A DNA stretch of 64,000 bases, taken from Octopus sinensis. Taxonomy: Eukaryota. Under the pieces are notes generated by a model. The model was not told the DNA's origin and did not search any database. It saw only the letters and a program-made list of their open reading frames with translations. The position numbers were made by a program, and so were the translations under genes. The stretch covers positions 10,168,001 to 10,232,000 of the forward strand of contig NC_043013.1 of the NCBI RefSeq assembly GCF_006345805.1. Reading direction: 5' to 3'. Position 1 is the stretch's first letter, and each line of letters opens with the position of its first letter. Below are positions 54,061 through 64,000 of the stretch, in pieces.

Positions 54061-54468
54061 ACTCTTTTACTCTTTTACTTGTTTCAGTCATTTGACTGCG
54101 GCCATGCTGGAGCACCGCCTTTAGTCGAGCAAATCGACCCCGGGACTTATTCTTTGTAAGCCCAGTACTTATTCTATCGGACTCTTTTGCCGAACCGCTA
54201 ATTGACGGGGACGTAAGCATACCAGAATCGGTTGTCAAGCAATGCTATGGGCACAAACACAGACACATACACACACACACACACACATATATATATACAT
54301 ATATACGACAGGCTTCTTTCAGTTTCCGTCTACCAAATCCACTCACAAGGCATTGGTCGGCCCGGGGCTATAGCAGAAGACACTTGCCCAAGATGCCACG
54401 CAGTGGGACTGAGCCCGGAACCATGTGGTTGGTTAGCAAGCTACTTACCACACAGCAACTCCTGCGCC
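54061..54468 (-). mobile_element. SINE family A, full length, young
   Basis: Complete head-microsatellite-body-tail. Confidence 0.95.
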
Positions 54469-54900
54469 TATATATATATATATATATAATATATATATAT
54501 AATATATATATTATATATGGGGGGGGGCATCTGCATTTATATTTAATTTCATTTTCGTAACTATTCTGTCTGATCTGTTCTTTTTTTTTTTTTGGTATTC
54601 TCCTTGCTACAGTCTCTTCACTTAGTGCATTGTGTATAGTTGTGTATTGTACTATTATTTAATTTTTATTATATTTTCTTTGTAGCATTTATACACGAAG
54701 TATTCAATGTCTGGATACTTTGATAGCCTAGTCAATTGATAAAACGTGTCGCGTGAGCGTGAACCGTTGTCAGCGGAACTGATACGGCTATCGGAGCTGT
54801 TTATGAATTTATATGAGAAGAGATACGAGAAAACAAATACTTAGATAATACATAAACACATCATATATACATCTATAAACATATACATATACATACATAC

Positions 54901-54941
<41 letters not shown>

Positions 54942-55192
54942 AAAAATATGTTAATGATGCGTATATATATATATATGTACACATGTTTGTGAATCGAGAG
55001 GGTGGAGTCGTTGAGCGACATGCGGATCTGCCCTTACGTCCCTACCCCTAAACAGACCCTCACAAACCATTCTTATTCATATATTCTGCAGGTGATGCTA
55101 TTCTCAGATATTCAGAATCTTAGCGAAACGTCTTTAGCGCTCAACATCAGCGTAAGATAAACAGAAGCTACGACACAGCCCCTAAGATATAC

Positions 55193-55308
<116 letters not shown>

Positions 55309-55362
55309 GCATATATTATATAATATGCAATTTATAACATATGCATATATATACACATACAT

Positions 55363-55407
<45 letters not shown>

Positions 55408-55928
55408 ACATATATACACATACATATTAATACACACATATTATATATGTAGGTGTGTGTGTGTGGGTTTGTGCATTCATTGAAAGGCTTCAGTTTATTA
55501 TTTATTTGTTTTGTCGATAATATCATTTCGCTTTATTATTTCTTTTCTTTTCTATGTATCCTTTTCTTCTTTGCGGGTAGAAGTGATGATATATTAATCT
55601 GAAAATTCTGCTGTATTCTTTGTTGCTTCCAAATGTGACTTCAATGCATTATTCCAGCAAAATTGTCAAGGTTATTGGAACTAGTGTAATGTTGGTTTGA
55701 TATTTTGGCACAAAACCAGAAAATCAGGTTGTGAGCCTATTTCATCAATGCCAGTGCTCAAATGGTACTTATTTTACCGATCCCAAAAGGACGAAAGGCA
55801 AAACCGATCCTGACGTTGTTTAAACTCAGAATGTAAGGACTGCCAAAATGAGGCCAAGCATTAATTCCGAAGTGCTAACGATTCTGCAAGACCATTGCAT
55901 TACCTTAATGTAATACTAATTTCAAATT

Positions 55929-56160
55929 AAGGCGGCGAACTAGCAGAAACTTTAGCACGCCGGGTGAAATGCTTCGCGGTACTGCGTCTGCCGTTACGTT
56001 CTGAGTTCAAATTCCGCCGAGGTTGACTTTGCTTTCATCCTTTCGGGGTCGATAAATTAAGTACCAGTTACGCACTGGGGTCGATGTAATCGACTTAATC
56101 CGTTTGTCTGTCCTTGTTTGTCCTCTCTGTGTTTAGCCCCTTGTGGGTAATAAAGAAATA
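55929..56160 (+). mobile_element. SINE family B, full length
   Basis: aaggcggcgaactagcagaaac head to gggtaataaagaaata tail. Confidence 0.92.
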
Positions 56161-56214
56161 TATATATGTACATATATGTATACGCATATCTATGTTCATA
56201 TATACACAGATATA

Positions 56215-56264
<50 letters not shown>

Positions 56265-56265
56265 C

Positions 56266-57135
56266 ATGAGGGGGGTCTCAAAATTAATCGCACACATTCG
56301 CTGTGGAACTAGCCTGTTGTAGTTCAGGCTGCTGCTGCTAGAAGTCACTTAATGCAACCCTCAGGCATCAGTCTGCCGATCGGCGTCTTCGTCCACAGTT
56401 GTACTGTCACGTGGTGAGACTTTGTTTTGCAATGCTTCTCCTGTGTTCGTCGATTTTTGCGATGGCTGAAACGAAGGAACAGCATGCTTCCGTGAAATTT
56501 TGTTTTTTGCTGGGGGAAAACGGCGGTCGAAACAATTGTCATGAGCAAAACTTGTTGCTTGAAGATCAACTTGTCACTTATCAGTTGTTGCTTGATCATT
56601 CAGGGCAAATGTCGACCTCCAGGACGAATAAAATCATCCTGAAAATTCATAAAATGATCTTGGAGGGCCGTCATCGGACAGTTGCCGAACTTGTGGATAT
56701 GACTGCCGTATACCGGAGCTCCTGCCAAGGAGCGAGCAATTACGAATGAAAAGAGTGGCAGCAAAATTTGTGCCTCGCCCGCTCACGACTGAATGCGTGT
56801 CGAGAACTGATACATCAGTTAGAAGTTGATCCTGATCTTTTTTTTTTTTGAACATCATCGCTGATGAAGACAGCTGGTGCGATGGAATTCGCAAATGTAG
56901 AAGAGATGAAGATAAATACGACGGAGGCGTTGCAAGGCATAGCTTCGCTAGATTTTCAGCACTGCTTCGCTAGATTTTCAGCACTGCTTCGAACAGTGGA
57001 AAATGCGTTATGACCGACGCATTGCTTTAAATGGAGAATACTTTGATGGCGATAAAAGTGTAAACATGTGAAAGTTAGTGAATAAAGTAATATTGTAAAA
57101 TTCTGGTTTCTTTTGGATACGCCCTCCCTCTCGTA
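56266..57135 (+). mobile_element. Internally deleted mariner relic
   Basis: EQHASVKFCFLLG, RHRTVAELVDM, MKRVAAKFVPR, then FANVEEMK...CFEQWKMRYDR..LNGEYFDGD; degenerate TIR-like ends GAGGGGGGTCTCAAAA and TTTTGGATACGCCCTC..TCGTA. Confidence 0.85.
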
Positions 57136-57430
57136 CATATGTATAAACATGCAATACGAAACTATATTTAAAACATTTTACGTCATTCTGTTTCTCAGAA
57201 AGTTTTTAGAATTGTCGCTATTTATTGAGAAAAGCTCCAATATATGTGGTGTGTGTGTGTGTATATATGTGTGTGTATGTGTATATGTGTGTGCGTATGT
57301 GTGTGTATATGAGTCTGTGTGTTTGTATGTTTATATATATATATATGTATGTATATGTATCTGTATGTATATAATATATGTAGCTATATCTATAATATAT
57401 ATATTACTTTCTCTCTTTCTCTCTCTCTCT

Positions 57431-57470
<40 letters not shown>

Positions 57471-57629
57471 GAGAGAGAGAGAGAGAGATAGGCTTATTTA
57501 TGTATATATATATATATATATGCACATATTCGCATATAGGTACATATATGTATGTACATCTAGACACACACACTCACGCACACACCCATACAAACCCATT
57601 GATTCAGACGTGTATTCGATGCAACTTGC

Positions 57630-57960
57630 ACATTGTTTGAATAATTATCGTCTTATCGTCTCCAAATATAGTGTTTCTTTGAAACCTGCTCTCAACCGAT
57701 CAACACGTGTACCCTTTGGGATAACTAGAAACGATTGTATGAAATCTCCAGAGAGCAAGTCTGTTACTCCGCCCATAATATTCCTGTTACTTCTCGTATT
57801 CTCTGATGTTTAATCGAGAACTTCAGATTGCATATCTGTGTTACATTGTGCATTTATCTTATTCATGTAACTTGGTCTGGTTTCGAACCTTTGCCTGTCC
57901 TAATTCTTCACCAGCGTTGGTCAAAGAATTGTGAAAGTTCACACGTGCGTTGGTAGATTC
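57630..57960 (-). mobile_element. Helitron Pif1-like helicase relic
   Basis: DKCTM*HRYAI / EVLD*T...IMGGVTDLLSGDFIQSFLVIPKGTRVD, resembling DECTM...LAGDFRQ.LPVIP.GTRAD. Confidence 0.8.
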
Positions 57961-58044
57961 TCTTATATGAAATCAAACTTCTAGAAATTCTGTATCAAGG
58001 CACTGTACTAGAGCACTAATCTTGAGAACGAACTTTTAATATAA

Positions 58045-58443
58045 CTAGCAGTATAGCCCGGCGTTGCTCGGGTTTGTTTTCTTTTTGCCCCATTAGAATT
58101 GAAATTTTTGAAAAGTAAAACTTTTGCATTATGTAGCTTGTTATTCTCTGTAAGTGAACAACTTTCTGGTTGAAATACACAAAAAATGGCGGAACAGCTG
58201 TCAAGAAAGTAGGGATTTTCATACTAAAAAAAGCACCTATTTGATGTAAATAATTTTTGGTCTTAACATGGGTCAATTTAATTTGTTTTCTTCTACGGAA
58301 CGAAGAGCAATCCTTCTTCCATCATACTTCCAATTTTGGTCAACTTGCGCCGCAGGACCTCCGAGGAGATAGTGTTAGTTAAAGGCTACCAAACCTGTCA
58401 CACACACACAGAGACAACTTCAGCTTTATATATATAGATTAGA
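58045..58443 (-). mobile_element. Complete non-autonomous Helitron
   Basis: 5' TCTAATCTATATATATAAA; 3' hairpin cccgagcaacgccggg then CTAG; A|T insertion site. Confidence 0.9.
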
Positions 58444-58840
58444 TATTTTAGACGGATTATCTGTTCTTTTCAATTTTCCTTCTTTTAGATATTGTAGTGT
58501 AGTCACGCTGAAACACAGCTTTGGAAAGCTCAGTTGAATAAGTTGATCCCAATACACATTTTTATGTAAGTCAAGTCAAGCATTTATCCTAGCGTTCTTT
58601 TTTGTCGAACCGTTTCCTTACGAGAGAAGTAATCAGACCAACACCAGTTACCAAGCGCTGACGCCGGACAACCACACGAACTTATATATGCATGTGTGTA
58701 TGTGTGTGTATGTGTGTGTGTGTAGATATATGTATCTCAGTATTTGTGTACGTGTGTTTGAATGGGTGTGTGTATTTGACCAATACCGGTTGTCAAGCGT
58801 TGTTGGCGGGTAACCACACTTACACAAATATATATATATA

Positions 58841-59773
58841 GGCGTAGGAGTGGCTGTGTGGTAAGTAGCTTGCTTACGAACCACATGGTTCCGGGTTCAG
58901 TCCCACTGCGTTGCACCTTGGGCAAGTGTCTTCTACTATAGCCTCGGGCCGACCAAAGACTTGTGTGTGGATTTGGTAGACGGAAACTGAAAGAAGCCCA
59001 TCGTATATATATATATATATATACTAGCATTAAAGACCCGTCGTTGCCGGGTCATAATGTTAGTGCATGTATATATGTGTATATATTAAATGTACATCTA
59101 TATATATATACAGAGTGGTAGTATACCGTCAACTTAACGTTGACTCGAACCTTGCTTCTATTGTGGCTAATTTACCGCCTCTGATTAGATATCTTTCATA
59201 GTCCCACCAAGACACGTTTCGAAGGTGCTTTCCTCCATGTGTTCAAATCTTCTTTTTTCCCTACATTGTATACTTTATAGACAATAGTCTTCTCTTTAAT
59301 TTAATTTTTTATTATCCATCTGGACTATTCCATTTCTGCAAGCTAATTTTATTTTTAGTTTAATCCCATTCACGTGAAACCACTTATTCAAGTTGAAGTC
59401 ATTGATGCAATTTTATACCAATTGCTATTTTTACTTTTTTTTTACGTTACGATTATATTATACTTTAGTTTGATTTTAATTATTACTTACTACATATAAT
59501 TCAATTGTTATTATTATTTTTATTGTTAAAGTGAAAGTATCTGACAGAAATGTTTTTGTTTCACTTCTAACACGTAATACTGAAATAGTGAAGAAGATAT
59601 GATATTGCTACGGGCTCGCTCTAGGCAAGAAGTTGAACATTTTTGCCCATGAAACTACATGGACCCTAAGTAAGGCATGTGTAAAATTTGAATGAAATTG
59701 GTTGTGTAGTTCTCAAGTTTTAGGGAAACACACAGGCAGACAGACACATTCTCAGTTATATATATAAAGATGT

Positions 59774-59822
<49 letters not shown>

Positions 59823-60045
59823 TATATATAGATATATATATATATATATATGTACATATGTATGTATGTATGTGCGTGTATATGTTTCTGTGTTGAGTTT
59901 ATGTCCCCGTAACCTACCGGTTCGGCAAAAGAGACCGATAGAATAAGTATTTGGCTTACAAAGAATAAGTCCTGGGGTCGATTTGCTCGACTAAAGGCAA
60001 TGCTCCAGCATGGCCACAGTCAAATGACTGAAACAAGTAAAAGAG
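58841..60045 (+). mobile_element. SINE family A split by a Helitron insertion in its internal (TA)n
   Basis: Head 58841-59003, body about 59880-60045. Confidence 0.85.
59024..59770 (-). mobile_element. Non-autonomous Helitron, second family
   Basis: 5' TCTTTATATATAT; 3' hairpin gacccg/cgggtc then CTAG at 59024. Confidence 0.8.
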
Positions 60046-60589
60046 TATATATGTGTGTGTGTGTGTGCGTGTATTTGCAAGCAAGCGCGTGTGTGCGTGT
60101 GTTTATGTGCGTGTGTGCATGTGTGTGTGTGTGTGTGTGTGTGTTTATGTGTGTGTGTTGTGTGTGTGTGAACCTACGTAGCGGACATGAAGCCATGGAA
60201 AATTTGACGATTTTTCTGTTGATTGTAAAAGCAGCGATCAGCCTAAATCGATTTTCAAACTTCAGTAGGTTCTACATCACTTAAGCAACGCCAGAAAAAT
60301 AACGCAGCCTCTCTGTATTCTATACACAACAAATCCATTAACATCAGACTCTGGATCGACTAACTGGCATTTTTGGATCAGCCCGAGACTATAACAGGTG
60401 ACTATTATCCAAGGTATCGTGGAGAAATACTGCACAGGTACGCTTACACCAGAAACATAAAAAAATCAGTCCCTTTCAAGATAGGTGTCAACAAATGTTT
60501 TATTCTTCAATTAGATTCTGTTGTCCTCTTTTTATAATTTAGAATCTAGAAAATTTCTCTTTCGTTGACCGAAAAACCTCCCGAATGAT

Positions 60590-61014
60590 AATGTTGTTGT
60601 TTGTTCCTTCTCGAGCCACGCCTGGCTCATAAGGGCCGGTTTCCCGGTTTCCTTGTGGCGGTGGCGATGGTAGTGGTGGTGGTCGCGGTGATCATAGTAG
60701 TTGTAAAGTAAAGGTAAAGTTAACTTCTTGAGCCATACCTGGCTCATAAGGTCCGGTTTCCCGGTTTCCTTGGCGTATAGGTTCCCCACCTGGACGGGAC
60801 GCCGGTCCGTCGCAGGTGAGCTGCAAGATGCGGGAGAAAAGAGCGAGGGAAAGCTATGGCGAAAGAGTCAGCAGAAGTTCGCCATTAACTTCTGTTGGCG
60901 CCGCGTGGAACTTAGGTGTTTCGCTCATAAATACACACATCGCCCGGTCTTAGAATCGAACCCACGATCACTCGACTGCGAGTCCGCTGCTCTAACGACT
61001 AGGCCATGTGCCTC
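60590..61014 (-). mobile_element. SINE family C (tRNA head, cctgcgacggaccggcgtcccgtccagg domain) plus a second isolated 3' end
   Basis: Full copy 60706-61014; duplicate terminus 60590-60655. Confidence 0.85.
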
Positions 61015-61692
61015 TGGAATGATAATATAGTGTTGCAGTTCGCAGCGGAGCCTGCAGTCTTAACTTTTCAAGATCATTGTCAGTCATCCTTTGTGGATTA
61101 TTTTCTTCAAAACGATTACAATTCTGTTGTATCTGTCAGAAGTGTGGGTTCTTTTACTGTCAGTTGTTTTGGTATTTGCTCTCCTGCTGATTGTGCCAAA
61201 GTCGCTGTGGATTACTCGAAATTTGGTGCAAATTGAAAATTATCCAGTGAAATGAAAATCTTTGTCCCCTGATAAATGGAATGTTCTAATATTCCGGTTA
61301 GAGACAGAACTGTTTAGGCGTGAATGTTTCCATCTGCGACCGACGAACCAATCTTGGTAACAGTTTCACCATCATTGCAAGAGGCTCTCGTGACCTGGAT
61401 TTAACCAACGAAATAGTGAAATGTCCGCCATTTCGTTTGAATATCTACATGCTTCTTTGTCACAACTAGGTAACTGTCGTCGGACAAAGATGAGGTAAAA
61501 GCGATAATCTGTGTAGTGGAGTAAGACAGGATCCAAAAAAATTGATTATGCGTTTTCTTTTAGTCATATTTTCTCTCCTGTTAGACGTACGCACACATAC
61601 AAATACATACAAAAAACACACATACACAGATAGAAAGCGAGAGAGAGAAGAGGAAACAGAGAGAGGATCGATATAATTATATATTATATATA

Positions 61693-61723
<31 letters not shown>

Positions 61724-61770
61724 TATATTATATAATATATATATATATATACATATTACATATATATATT

Positions 61771-61814
<44 letters not shown>

Positions 61815-62033
61815 GCAAATATTGAGTATATATGTATAACCTCTGTGTGCGTTTGCGTGTATATATATGAATATATACACAGACTCACATACATACACAT
61901 GTATAATATAAATATACATGTATGCATATATATTACGCTATTTTCAAACTAATTCGAAATCAAACTCACACACACGACACACATACTCACACATGTATAT
62001 TCATGCATAGATGCACGTATATACATGTGTGTG

Positions 62034-62078
<45 letters not shown>

Positions 62079-62114
62079 ATATATAATATATATATATACA
62101 TACATATACATGTC

Positions 62115-62145
<31 letters not shown>

Positions 62146-62188
62146 TGTATGTGTGTATGTAGGTACAACACACACACACAAGCACACA

Positions 62189-62226
<38 letters not shown>

Positions 62227-62419
62227 GCATATATGTATGTATATACAGATATGCGTACCCACGCACATATGGGTAGTTAGATAGATATATGCATAGATAT
62301 ATTGTATACACATGGAAACATACATGCAAAGAAAGATACTTGCAGAAGAATAATATTCACGCAAACATATATAACTATTTAGAAAAAGAGAGAGGGAGAG
62401 AGAGAGAAAGATAGGGAGA

Positions 62420-62463
<44 letters not shown>

Positions 62464-62659
62464 GAATCAATGATGTGTGAGAGTATAAGAAGCGAGATAA
62501 TGGGAGATGAAATAAGAGACAAGAAGCAGCGTGGAAGAATTAGATGGAGTCTGCTGGGATACCATATTGGCAAGAAAGAATGGAGGACTTTGTCGGCGAA
62601 GAATTGGTAAAGTCATCTGGTCGGAGAATAAACTTTAGCTTGACAACACCGATGTGACA

Positions 62660-64000
62660 TCCTAAACGTCGTGGTGGCCTTTCTTCGTTTCAGTAATGGT
62701 TGTAGTGGTAGTGATGATGATGGTGGTGGTGGTGGTAGTAGTAGTGGGGATGGTGGTTGGAGTATGAGCAGCTGTGGTAGTAGTGGTGATGTGATCAGTA
62801 GTAGTATTGGTGGTAGTTACAGCTTGTGTAGTGGTGTGGGTGGTCATAGTTGTTGTGGTAGTTGTGATAGTGTTGAGGGATACCAATATGTTGTAGCGTT
62901 GGCGTTGGTGTCGATGGTATTGGTGTCGGTGTTGGTAGTAATTCTCGTGGTGGTGGTGGTGGTGGTAGTGGTGATGGTGAGGTCTCGGTATAGAGGCTGA
63001 GGGCATTGAATATTCATTACTATTGTTGACGACGCCGGTGGTGATGTATGTGGTGGCCGTGCTGGTATGGTGGTTAAACTGATGATGTGGGTGGTAGTGG
63101 TGGCGATGTTGATGGTCGTGGTAATGAGGCTTGGAGTATCGTAAGAGGTGCTGCTGGAAGTGGTGATGATTGTGGTGATGGTTATGAAAGAGGTGTGATG
63201 GTGATAGTTGCCATGATAATGGTAGTGGTGGTGGAGATGTTAGAGTTGGTGGGGATGTTTCTGTTGATGGTGATAATAATCGTGGTGTTCTTCATAATGA
63301 TGGTGGTGTTGATAGTGATGGCTGTGGTGCAGATGGCGATAACAGTCATGGTAGTGAGGCTGATGGTAGTGCTAGGTTTTCATGGTGGCGGTGATGGTAG
63401 TGCTAGGTTTTCATGGTGGCGGTGATGGTAGTGCTAGGTTTTCATGGTGGCGGTGATGGTAGTGCTAGGTTTTCATGGTGGCGGTGATGGTAGTGCTAGG
63501 TTTTCATGGTGGCGGTGATGGTAGAGGTGGCGTTGATCGTAGTGGTGGTGGTGATAGTAGCGATGGTGATGATAGTGGTGGCTTTGATGGCAGTGGTGGT
63601 GATGGAAGTAGTGGTTATAATGAAAGCGTTGTTGGTAACGTTAAAGATAGCGGTGGTAGTAGTGGTGGTTTTGATGGTAGCGGTCGTGGCGATGGTAGTG
63701 GTAGCGGTGATCGTGGTGTTGGCGGTGGCGGTGATGGTAGTGGTGGTGATAATAGTATTGGTGGTGATAATAGTAGTGATGGTGATGGTAGTGGTGGCTG
63801 TGATGGTAGAAGTAGTGGTAGTGATGACAGTGTTGTTGGTAACGTTAGAGACAGCGGTGGTAGTAGTGTTGGCTTTGATGGTAGCAATGGTGGCGATGGT
63901 AGTGGTAGTGGTGAGAGTAGTGGTGGAGGTGGCGGTGATCGTAGTGTTGGCGGTGGCGGTGATAATAGTGATGGTAGTGGTGGTTGTGATGGTAGTGGTA
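62660..64000. repeat. Cryptic (GGT/GAT/AGT) low-complexity region with higher-order repeats
   Basis: About 205-bp duplication (gttgttggtaacgtta at about 63629 and 63834). Confidence 0.9.
63361..63524. repeat. Perfect 31-bp minisatellite, 5.3 copies
   Basis: tgatggtagtgctaggttttcatggtggcgg at 63361, 63392, 63423, 63454, 63485. Confidence 0.97.

Noticed and set aside
55085-55135. GCUA...UAGC-GAAACGUC relic
   Set aside because: Core and stem I are too degraded to support a call
56861-56880. CTGATGA core-like heptamer
   Set aside because: Part of the mariner ADED codons; no stem II or GAAA
57860-57915. CUGGUGA...GAAAC hammerhead-like motif on minus
   Set aside because: It lies inside Helitron helicase coding sequence, and stems I and III do not form

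Overview
AT-rich, microsatellite-saturated animal DNA. The SINE families and repeat landscape point to a coleoid cephalopod, most likely Octopus (inferred from remembered repeat sequences, not from a search). I could not confidently identify any host protein-coding exon, rRNA, true tRNA or CRISPR array; almost all ORFs in the supplied track are translations of simple repeats. The window is a transposon graveyard. It holds many tRNA-derived SINEs of at least four families, a 5'-truncated frameshifted CR1-type LINE (47.9-49.2 kb), R4/Dong-type relics with restriction-like endonuclease, Penelope-like (PLE) GIY-YIG relics, Helitron Rep/Hel fragments, three non-autonomous Helitrons, rosa-type (DD41D spacing) and mariner relics, an RTE-like short element, and a 100-N gap flanked by a probable false duplication. 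The most interesting signal is a dense set of type I hammerhead ribozyme motifs: about 12 motifs from several unrelated short PLE-LTR-like families. Two are nearly intact (19497-19594 minus, 53687-53769 plus), and the first is preceded by a perfect 21-nt antisense copy of its own core. The 3' end of the dominant SINE also matches the 3' UTR of the CR1 LINE, with a covarying stem-loop. All alignments and folds were done by eye, and many repeat boundaries are approximate.
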